Part shown: in pieces, positions 53,913 through 64,000 of the stretch | Numbering within the stretch: position 1 is the stretch's first letter | How the letters are laid out: the number at the start of each line of letters is the position of its first letter | Assembly: GCA_905331295.1 (NCBI GenBank) | Contig: CAJNYD010000047.1 | Span: 1-64,000, forward strand | Direction: 5' to 3' | Source of the DNA: Rotaria socialis | Lineage: Eukaryota | DNA length: 64,000 bases | Translations under genes and position numbers: made by a program | The notes under the pieces: model-generated | What the model saw: only the letters and a program-made list of their open reading frames with translations | Databases searched by the model: none | What the model was told of the DNA's origin: nothing

Positions 53913-55146
53913 ATGCCGAAATTATTACGACGTCGTCCTCATTCTCGCAACGCGCAGATTTCGTTGCGACGTTCACGTTTACTCGACAAAGCTTTTGATC
54001 ACAGTAATGAAAGTTCCACAGAATCAGATGAGGAAGAAATGAAAATGAACGAATACTCTTTTGATATGTCAAGAAACTTCAATGATATATCAGACATTTT
54101 TGAAATATGTGAAAGTAATTGTAGTTATAAATTTATAAACGTTTTGTTGTACATGAGTTTAAGACATTTTAAAATAGCATGGCGGGATTGTGATTCATTT
54201 ATGAAAGAAATTGATGCATTTCAAGTCAAACATGCTAGAAATGGACTGATATTTTTAGATCTGGTGATTTCGGTCAGTTTTGCACAGATAATCGAGGGGG
54301 GAAGCGTATCGAGAAATTTTATGAAGGATTTCCCGAACTCGAATTAGAAGCAAAATTATTTGCAATTGAACGTTCTCTTAATAAATCAGCTGATTTTATA
54401 GTATGGGATTTAGCTAATTTTGTGGATCAAAAATATTATGAATTAACAAATACAACTAAAGATAAGAATGCTAATTTTGTTCAATCTATACAATTGTATC
54501 ATTTAGATCTACGACACTGGGGATTTCGCTTTGATTCAAATTCAGAGAGACCCTATTTTAAAGGGCACGAGCGGCCAGAAATAATTACTCATTGCGAAAC
54601 TTTAATCAAATATTTTCTCGAGAAGAAAGATCATTTTTACACAATATCTAATGATGAAAATCCTTTATGAATATTGCCTTCTAACAATCCTCCATCTGTT
54701 TTGATCTGTGAGTAGGGCTACTAAAGAAAGCGTAGGATACATTTTTATGATACGCATTCTTACCTATGTTTACTTCATGACGAAAGTACCTTTCGGTCAG
54801 GCGAAATTTCTCCAAAAAGGGGCTTTTTAACAATAATGCACCGTTTTTTTTCGAAGGGAAGGGGACGATCGGTTATGATTAGCGATTATTTAGTAATGCA
54901 TCCATCAGGTTCTTTCTTTACCTTAAATGACAAAGAGTATCAACAAGCACTAGTATTATACCCTGACCTAGATGGCGATGTTGAAGATGTTGCTTATGTT
55001 AAAAGGACTACCACAGGATCTATTAATGTCGGTCACAACTCATATTTTGATAACTCAACGATTCTTGCACAATTCGAACGCCTATTTAAACTATTACAAT
55101 TTAAGAGTGAATTTAAAAACCATAATATTGAAGTTATAGTTAATAA
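53913..55146 (+). pseudogene. Disrupted DDE-type transposase (probably IS630/Tc1-mariner-related)
   Basis: Joined frames give RGGK..FPELE, PYFKGHER, HDESTFRSGE, KGRGRSVMISDYL, YFDN..QFERL, VIVNN. Frameshifts and stops; truncated by a MITE at 55147. Confidence 0.78.
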
Positions 55147-55363
55147 CCCAGGTCGATGATTCCGGACTCCGGAACCGACGGGAAACGGACCGGAAGTTGG
55201 AAGCAGTATTCCGTTTGGAAATCACCGTATCGTAACCGGAGTGTTCCGCACTATTCCCGCCACCATAACCATTAGGAAAAATTACCGGAACCGCCCCGTA
55301 ATCACACGGAATACTATCGGACAACTATACGGAAATAACTAAATACGATCGTTTCCACCTGGG
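55147..55363. mobile_element. GC-rich MITE-like repeat, copy 2 (related to 53579-53862)
   Basis: Termini CCCAGGTCGA..TCCACCTGGG; shares GATTCCGGA and GAAGCAGTATTCCG..CGGAATACT with copy 1. Confidence 0.8.
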
Positions 55364-55443
55364 AAAACTCCGGAAGTTCCAATCTTATTGAGATCTTGCG
55401 AATATTTCCACACACACAGATGCACTTACTCACCAATCATAGT

Positions 55444-55543
55444 NNNNNNNNNNNNNNNNNNNNNNNNNNNNNNNNNNNNNNNNNNNNNNNNNNNNNNNNN
55501 NNNNNNNNNNNNNNNNNNNNNNNNNNNNNNNNNNNNNNNNNNN
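55444..55543. other. Scaffold gap (100 N)
   Basis: Run of N. A round size suggests a placeholder for a gap of unknown length. Confidence 0.98.
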
Positions 55544-56596
55544 GATTCTGAAAGAAATGAAAATGAAAATATTCCATTCGTCATGTCTGACTCATTAACA
55601 ACATCTGAACTTCCAGTACGACGTACTTATGTTATTTTGACTGAACTTGATGAACCATTTTTTGATCCTTATCCGATTGAATTTACCATATCCATTAGAA
55701 TAACGATGCTTTTTTCTGCTCTCGTTTTTCATACAGTATGAACTTTCTCTTTATTCTTTTTTTTTGTATCAAACGCACTAGAATTCGATTTTCCTGGTTA
55801 CTTAGCCGATTTTGTAATTCTCTCGTTAGATTTTATTATTCTTTTTTATCTGATTTTCTCTTGCATTGTCTATATTTTTTGATATCTTCGGTGATGATAA
55901 AAATCGAGTGTATTTCGTAAAGGATCTCTCTATATCTTTCCCATTTTGAAACTTTTTTCTTGGCTTGTTGATATTATTGTCCAGCTGATCTTTTTTCTAT
56001 GATGAACACCAACAATAGTATTTGCTTGGAATTTATTATCATTCATTGCTTTATATATCATAATAAAGTAGAATATGATCAAAGAAACTTCAATAGATTC
56101 TTAGGAAATATTTTATAGTTATTGAAAATACTCATATGATTATTTGTGATATTTTGAAAACTATCGACTTTGTTTCTAATTATAAATTAAGGTTTAAGAT
56201 CTTTTCTGTTTCAAATTTTTTTCAATGAATTTTCTACAGATTTATTTGATTGTGTATTTACTTCTTACACACTTCGTTGTCTGTTTTTTTTATTCTTCTT
56301 TCTATATTCGATTTCAGTCAAATACACGAAAACTTTTAAACTGTTTTTATGTCTATTTTAAAACGTTTTTTAATTTACCTTCGATATTGTCGAGTCCAGG
56401 TAAAATAGATAAATATTTATTATCTTGTATTCATACCAGCAACACCAGATAGTAACGGTGAAAAAAGATTTATTTATCAAATGTTAGAATCATAAATATT
56501 ATATTTCGAACAATGTTTTCTTTGGATGATATAAAACCAAATAAAAAAACTAAATTTAATTAGTTTTGATGTAAATAATAATTATTCAAAAGAATA

Positions 56597-57988
56597 ATGT
56601 TCGTATTATCAAAATCTGTTACCATTGTTTCTGCTTTATTAATTGTAATTTACTTGGAAAATATTGTCGTTCAAACACAATCTCTAACTGGAAACGGTAA
56701 GTTTGACTTCGGTCCAAATCAATTGGCATCAAATGTTTGGTATAAACCAAAAGGACAATTAATCAATGGTCATTATGAAAATAGTTATTCAAATTTTAGT
56801 TTATGGCCTAATTTAGAATTACATTTACGAAATAATAATGGTTCAATACTAATTCAAGCTTCTGAAATTGGATTTATGAAAAACGAAGCATTAATGGCTT
56901 TTCGTAATAGTAATATTCCTGTCGTTGCAGTTCTACCTGGTTTTACTCAATGTTATGATGGTAATGTTTTAGCATTATTAGAACTTTATGGTCAATCGCC
57001 AAAAGAAAATTTATTTTGCACAATATTTAATATTTGTAATTCAACAGAGAGACAGAATCCAAATGGAAAAGGATGGTTTGTTACTCAAGATAATTTTTCG
57101 TATACTCCTGATTTATTAAACTTTGATGAAAGAATGCCAAATTTAATTCCTTATCTTGATTATAATAAATTAATGAATACATCGATAAATCCTCCGCAGT
57201 GGTTATATTCGAATCTTTCTTGGGCAGATCGAAAAATGAAAGCACGTATTGACGTTTGTCCTCAAGCTGGTTCAGATCGTATTAAGAATCTTATGAATGA
57301 TTATATTAAATATGTATCTGTTGTAAATGAGAAATTTAATTCTACAAAAATTCCTCGAATACAAATCAATTGGAATGTTATTGCAGGTTGGGAATGGAGA
57401 GATGAACATTGTTTAGATTTGTTATATGAAAAATTCAATAATGCTACCGATTTCGATTATGCGTATCGTTATGTTACTAATCCTTGCCATCAGGATGTTC
57501 AACATTTGAACGATTTAAGTGAACTACTTTGTTCAGTAGGAAGCTGTCCTGAAGTTGTTTTTATGGATATCGATCTAACTTATATTACATCATATTCATT
57601 AGAAGTTCTTCATATGAATAAACAAATTTTAAAAACATTGAATATTCCATTTGGCATTAGTTTAGTTGATCAATGCGCAGAAATCGACAATTGCATTGTA
57701 GAAATTGTTTCATCGGAGAATCCAAAAGTTATTTTAAATCTTGATGCTAAATCCAAATATCCTAATTTGAATCGAAATCAAATGCAAGAATTTAGTTTAC
57801 TAAATGTTTTAAATTTCTTAATCAATCAAAGTATCGTTGATGATGATACACATATTGCAATTACAAGTTGGACTACATGGCCTATTGAAATCGGCCAAGA
57901 AATAGTTGAATCAAAATCAGGCTCTATGGCACATACTGCAAATCAAATTTTTGAGAAAATATTAATTCCTAATTCATTTGCAAGATAG
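56597..57988 (+). CDS. Intronless secreted protein of unknown function, 463 aa
   Basis: Long uninterrupted ORF in AT-rich DNA with an N-terminal hydrophobic signal peptide, many N-x-S/T sites and several Cys. Confidence 0.85.
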   Translation: MFVLSKSVTIVSALLIVIYLENIVVQTQSLTGNGKFDFGPNQLASNVWYKPKGQLINGHYENSYSNFSLWPNLELHLRNNNGSILIQASEIGFMKNEALMAFRNSNIPVVAVLPGFTQCYDGNVLALLELYGQSPKENLFCTIFNICNSTERQNPNGKGWFVTQDNFSYTPDLLNFDERMPNLIPYLDYNKLMNTSINPPQWLYSNLSWADRKMKARIDVCPQAGSDRIKNLMNDYIKYVSVVNEKFNSTKIPRIQINWNVIAGWEWRDEHCLDLLYEKFNNATDFDYAYRYVTNPCHQDVQHLNDLSELLCSVGSCPEVVFMDIDLTYITSYSLEVLHMNKQILKTLNIPFGISLVDQCAEIDNCIVEIVSSENPKVILNLDAKSKYPNLNRNQMQEFSLLNVLNFLINQSIVDDDTHIAITSWTTWPIEIGQEIVESKSGSMAHTANQIFEKILIPNSFAR

Positions 57989-58680
57989 ATGCAGGTATGT
58001 AGTGCTTTACAAAAAACAAAAATCTATTTTGTTTTATATTCATCGTTTCAAAATAAATATTGTCAAGATGTTTAAAATCAATGAATGTGATGACATTGAT
58101 AAATATTTCGTAAATATATATTAGTAAAAATACAATCATTTGAAAATAGCATTACTCAGTGTTAAATCAAGGCAACATCATTTTCTAGTAGAAAAATGAA
58201 TATTCTTATATAAGTGATCAATTGAGAATTATCGGCATGAAATATGCGTTGGAAAATTTGTATTTGTTTTTCAAATGTACTATGTAGAAAAAGAAGAAAA
58301 CTTCCATTTATAATTAAGCACATATGAAATATGAATTTAATTGATTTAGAACATGATACTATCTTTTTTTGTCATTCTTGATAAATCTTTAACTAAATAA
58401 ATAGTCTTTTTTTGCAAAATACTGTTATAAAATCAAAGGAAAATCTTCCAGTTCAATTGATCACTACTGAACACGAGTAAAATGATGTTATGTTGTTCGA
58501 TTTATTTGTCAAATTTCTAATACAATTTAAATATTATCATAATGATTCATTTATTACGAAAAAAAAGTATTCGAAGAAACATCAAATTTTCAACAAGGTC
58601 TCTGTGTTGAAGTAAAAACAAACTAGATGATGAATTTTGTAGGTCATCCTCAAGAAGTTACCTTGATAAGTGTTTTATTT

Positions 58681-60318
58681 CTAGGATAGACTACAAGAAT
58701 TTTTCTTCTCTTCCTTGACTTCCAAAAGTAAAATAAAAAGAAAATTTAGTTCACTATCAGATGGGACCATAGCACCGCATAAGTCTTGAATTTTTTCAGT
58801 TTTTAACTCCAATAAATATTGCTTAACTCGATCACAATATTCTGTCGGATCTTCATTATTAGCCGTACGTTTCATAAACTTATGATTAGGATGTTGATCA
58901 AAAAATGAATTCGGTATTGATAATGGTTCTCGTCGTCTAAAATAAGTTGATTCTTCATTAGTTGATCAATCTCTCTCGACAATTGCACACTTAATTAAAT
59001 TGTGTATTTTAAAATGCAGGACTTATTTTATTTCCGATATCGTCTACACGTGATTCTTTTAAAGGATTGATCTCATCTTGACGTATAAGTTGAATAGAAC
59101 ATGCGTCTAATTTTTTTGTATCACGAAGAGCCAATCTTTGTTGAACAGACAAATGTTGTGTACGATTATTTGCTATAATAATTGTATCGAGTTTTGAACA
59201 TAAGCCAATTTTATCGTTGTCTGTTAAATTCATAATAAAATCTCGTTTCCTAACAGTTATTTTTCTTGCAAGTAATTCAGGTATGCAAGGAAAACGTACG
59301 CATAAATTATATAACTCGTCTAACTTGTTTTGTATTCGTTTTTGAGAAATTGACGTGAAAATATTTGATATGGTTTGTAAAATAGTTTTCGCTTCAGGAA
59401 CTAAATCATCTATATTTTGAAAATTTTTACTTAAATCAGGTGATCGAATAACAAATATATCAGCATCAGCTATAACTGCTGATAAGAATAGACTTTGAAG
59501 ACCTCGCTGAACTTGTGTAAAATATTTCATTAATTTTTCATTCCTTAATAAATCATAATCCCGTTCAAGCCTTTCAATATCACATGGAACATGAATAGCA
59601 GTTGTAATAGACATAGGATTCGACGATTTTGTTATAGATGATTCGAGTTGTTGTTCAAATAAATCAAAAGTTATAGTTAACCAACATTTTCCTAATGTTG
59701 GATCTTTAAATATTTCATTTTTAGTCATCAAAGTATCATGAATAATTTTCCATGGTTCTGATTTAAGAAAACGCAAAAATTGTTCAACATTTGATAGATG
59801 CTCATGAAAATAATTTTCAATATTTTGATATGTACGAGAATGATCTCGTATTCTTAAAATAGATACCGATTCTTCATTGGAAATATTTTTATAAAAATTT
59901 GCAGTTATATCTTGCTTTTCTCCACGTAAAACTTCAATATCTTCGCATAAAAATAAGACTGAAATGATTCATATTTTATTTCGTTTGCATCCGAAAGATT
60001 TAATAGAAGATCTTTGATTTCAATTAATCGTCCGTGTGCATCGCGACCTTCATCGACAATTTTTTGTAAACATGTTTCTAACGATATTTTATAAGCATTT
60101 GGATGAAAATTTGTTGATGAATCTAATTTCATTTCTGAACAATTTTCTTGATATATACGACACAAATATGTCACAAAATCGGCGGTGTGGATGTGGGTGT
60201 GCTCTTGATGTGTACACCCTACGTGACACCGACACCATCGTAGACCCCGATTCCCTATGGCAGACCCTGATTCTCCGTGGTAGTCCCCATAAGAGCTGTA
60301 CTGGTTATTGTTCAACAC
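58681..60318 (-). CDS. Unassigned multi-exon gene or gene fragment
   Basis: Consecutive minus-strand ORFs of 137, 255 and 64 aa with globular-looking composition. No in-frame ATG at the 5' end and no family recognised, so it may be a pseudogene. Confidence 0.5.
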
Positions 60319-62408
60319 AGAATTACTTTGGAATCGACTAATCTGAATTACTTGTAATTCATTTGCGTCATCCAGTGTTTATTTGTATTGGGCAAAAGTA
60401 TTTCAGTACGTATTAAGAGAGAATGAATCAGTCACAAAAAAACAGGATATAAAATACGCACAAACTTCTGTATCATTATTTTGTTATCTATTATTCAAAC
60501 GAATACTAAGAACACCTAGAAACATCTTAGATCTTCTCAATCATTTATATTTTCCATATGAGTGTTTTTGATCATAGGTTATCAAATAATATCATTGATT
60601 TCGAAATACAAGTATGAAATTCTTTAAATAGAAATAAGGTACTAATTATTCTTGAGTCTGTTGACTTCGACTAAATAAGCATTGATATGACATAGAAAAA
60701 GAACAATTTGAAATAAGGTACCAAGCATTATCAACAAATCAATAACCTCAGCCTATATGTTTGACATAGGGTGAAGATGATTTTCTCCAGTATGTTTAAA
60801 GAGCAGGATTATAGACATAGATATCTTGTCTTTATTTATTTATTCTTTTATCATTTATATTTTTATTTAATATTGACATGATGCCATCATCATTAAAATG
60901 CATTTGATTTTATTTACTTTTGTTTTCATTTTTCGTGCATCATAGTGATACGTAGAATGATAAGACAGGATATATACGGTATGTCACTAAATATTATTGC
61001 TCATTCTGTGTTTACTGTTTAGAAATATGCGGCTATGAATGATGTTCTGCTTCAGCAATTTGATATTATGTTCAATCATGCATAAGCCACCATCATTGCT
61101 TACGTCACTCATGCTTTCATTTAAACGTCATTTTTTGCGCCTGTTATTTTTATTTACAGTAATAAATTGGTTATATTGGTTTTCATTATGCTGTTTACTA
61201 TTTTAGTCATAATTGTACTGATTTGTTGATGTGAATTGTCTTTTGAAATATAGCTTTTGTTTAAACTAGTGTGATTTGTTATATTGTTTCGGCTAGTTAT
61301 CAACTTTTCGAGTGTGAATTTCAGTTTGATATTTTTTTCAATGAATTTGTCTCCATTCGAATCAAAAGTACGATCTTTTTTCTGCTGTCATCTTTCTATA
61401 TGGACTATATCTATAATCAGATATTTGTTTTGTTCAATATTTATATTTTACATGCAGTAATAAACCTAATTTTAATGATACACGATGTACTATATATAAT
61501 AAGAAACTTAAAAACAGCAGGGATGAAAGAGTACACGTCTTACTGCTGACGTCTAATAGTCGAAAGTAATTTTTCTTATTCTCCTAACAATCGTTTTAGT
61601 ATCTCATCGCCCAGTTCTTAATTTGTATCATAATTATAATTCTCCCCATGTTTTAATAGTATAATTTGGTATTTTCAATACGAGTCTTACATGCATATAT
61701 TTTCACGTCTCTTGATAATGGTAATTTAATCTAATCGAAGCGTCGAAAATAAATAAATTTTTATTTAATCTGAATGATTAATAATACTTTACAAAATCAC
61801 GTTATTTATATTTATTTGTCTCTTAAGTAGATATTAGCATATGTCATTGTTTGTTTATTGGAAACATAATTACGCAGTTTTAATTCTTTACTTTTGAGGG
61901 TATTAGGTACAAACCAATCAAAATAACCACCTAATATAGTATCCGAGTAGTTTGTACGTTAGTCATATCATTATGCTTCTTACATGAATATATTCGTCAA
62001 TAATATAATGTCTTGCATTTTTAGAATTCCGCCTAACATTTTCCTGACAAAGAAAGCCTATTTCATGACGCGATCTATACACATATCACAGAATCACGCC
62101 CTGAAGTGAATGCTACTGCTTCGTGAGCATCACACACATATCATTTATTTTTCGTGCGTAAACAAACTTCGTATTTTACTTTGCATAACCGTGTGAACTG
62201 TTTATGATTGACTGACTTGTATGTGATTATAAATGCATTTATCTAACGAATATTTACTCATTTATTTTCATTCTAGTGGAGTGTATATACTCATTGAAGA
62301 GGATCAGCTCACATATTTGTGGCATTTTTTATCTTGATTGTCATGCACGTGAGTTTCGTTGTTCGACATTTTCTATCCGTTCATCAGCGATTGATACTGC
62401 TCTCTAGA

Positions 62409-62465
62409 GGGTGTGAGTGTGGGTGTGGGTGTGGGTCTGGGCGTGGAGCTGGGCGTGGAGCTGGG
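62409..62465 (+). repeat. G-rich telomere-like tract, (TGTGGG)n degenerating into (GGGCGTGGAGCT)2
   Basis: GGGTGTGAGTGTGGGTGTGGGTGTGGGTCTGGGCGTGGAGCTGGGCGTGGAGCTGGG read directly. Confidence 0.85.
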
Positions 62466-62625
62466 TGCATCTTTCCAGTTACATTCGCACCCACACCGGC
62501 ACAATAGATTGGAAAGAAAATGTATTTGATCATATATCAACCGGAACCAGTCTTTTTCTTTCTAGGACATTTAGATAGTCACAACAATTGTTCTCATCGA
62601 AAAGAATTCGATTTAACTGACAGTC

Positions 62626-64000
62626 ATGTCGGTATTTAAATTAAAACGCATTCCAACAACGGCAAGTCGAATAGATATATTGCCAGATGAATCGAGTTGC
62701 CCAGAGACAACTTCGGCACAGACGGCTTCAACGAAAAGTAAATTCAACGTTCGAAAGCCCAGTCTTGGCGGTGCTCGTCGGCCAAACAACACCACCACCA
62801 CAGACAATGGTTACAGTAGCGCCGTTCGTCGTAGCACTATTGCTTGGGGGACTATGTCTCAAACGCTGAATCTTCAAGTTGAACAATATAGACGTTCGTC
62901 CGAATTAGCTGCTGCCCGCCCTAGATCAAATAGGGTAATTAAAGAACGACATGATCACATTACCACGGTGTTTGAGGATGCAAAAGATTCTGACGAGGCG
63001 GCATCGATAATTGTCCCAAGGAAGCCATCGTATCATCGCGCAAGTACAGCAGGTTCAATAGCCGAATTTGAAGAAGGGATAACGGGAGATGTATCATTGC
63101 TAAGAACGGACGTACACATCGTTCCGATAGCGACCCTTGTCGAACGATTTCATGCAAACTTGCAAAATGGTTTGAGTGATGCTATAGTCACAGAACATCG
63201 TGCTCAATACGGGAAGAACACATTAACACCACCGCCAAAACCGAGTTATCTCTGGATGCTTCTCAGACAGATGCTTGTCGGTTTTAATGGAATTTTATGG
63301 GTCGCTACTTTATTCGCTTTTCTAAGCTATGTAAGTCTTGCCTTAAGGAAGACGACCGACTAATTTTATTTTTCTAGGAACCATTCGGTGATCCCACTCC
63401 GGACAAAACTAATTTGGGTTTCGGAATCGTTCTCATCCTGGTTATCGTTTCGAATGCTCTATTCAATTTCTATCAAGAAATAAAATCACTCAAGATAGTT
63501 GCTTCATTTTCACACATGCAACCAACTATTACAATAGTGAAACGAAACGGTTTAGAAATGCAAATTAATGCCGAAGAACTTGTACCTGGAGACATTGTTC
63601 GCATGCGTATGGGCGAGAAAGTCCCAGCGGATTGTCGACTCATCACATGCGATGGTCTTCAGATGAATTCGTCGGAATTAACAGGAGAATCGGAACCAGT
63701 TCAGTGTGGTGTTAAATGTACAAGCCTCAATTTCATGGAATCAACCAATTTGGTTTTCTATTCTTCACTTATTGTACAAGGCAGCGCTGAGACAATTGTC
63801 GTCAATATAGGTGATGATACCGTACTTGGACAAGTGGGAGAATTGACACGAGGCACTGGCGGTGCTGAAATAACAGGACTATATCGCGAAATCAATCGTT
63901 TTGTAATGTTCGTTATAAGCGCTGCACTCACATCGGTTGTTCTCATTTGGATAACATGGGCAGCGTGGCTCAATGTCGCACAGAAAGGATATATCACTCT
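62626..64000 (+). CDS. P-type IIC ATPase alpha subunit (Na+/K+ or H+/K+-like), 5' part; intron 63331-63377; runs off the window
   Basis: GLS..YGKNTLTPP, TM1-TM2, FNFYQEIKS..ASF, ELVPGDIV..GEKVPADCR, actuator motif LTGESEP, GDDTVLG, EINRFV. Confidence 0.93.

Noticed and set aside
53368..54072. Overlapping ORFs of 145, 157 and 87 aa
   Set aside because: Open because of the GC-rich MITE or antisense to the transposase; no protein motifs.
55388..55920. ORFs spanning or following the N gap
   Set aside because: Frame depends on the arbitrary gap length; no recognisable product.
62319..62507. ORF with GCGCG/GRGA repeats
   Set aside because: By-product of the G-rich DNA repeat.
1..64000. CRISPR arrays, tRNA, rRNA and snoRNA genes
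   Set aside because: No repeat-spacer array or recognisable structured RNA seen by eye; tRNAscan-SE or Infernal would be needed to exclude small RNAs.

Overview
AT-rich eukaryotic DNA, gene-dense, with many short (about 50-70 nt) GT-AG introns. Intron style, composition and repeat types suggest a bdelloid rotifer (inference, not proven). Bases 2.3-52.9 kb hold mostly conserved metazoan housekeeping genes: IMPDH, CUL5, cytosolic carboxypeptidase CCP1/4-like, AdipoR/PAQR, YciI-like, CSDE1/Unr, a small PPxY membrane protein, a LENG9-like RWD-MJ1316-2H protein, RPL10, acid ceramidase, epsilon-tubulin, ABHD18, PHB1 and LARP1. Several non-autonomous DNA transposons lie among them. From about 53 kb the region looks accessory: a dead intron-containing DDE transposase with two related MITEs, a 100-N scaffold gap, an intronless secreted orphan, an unassigned gene fragment, a telomere-like G-rich tract and the 5' part of a divergent, fungal-looking P2C ATPase. 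The most interesting pattern is five co-oriented minus-strand genes (LARP1-PHB1-ABHD18-TUBE1-ASAH1) with very short spacers. Each has a splice acceptor just before its ATG, and three junctions have a poly(A) signal 50-80 nt upstream of that acceptor. This fits a candidate SL-trans-spliced operon. Exon boundaries were read by eye and no database searches were run.
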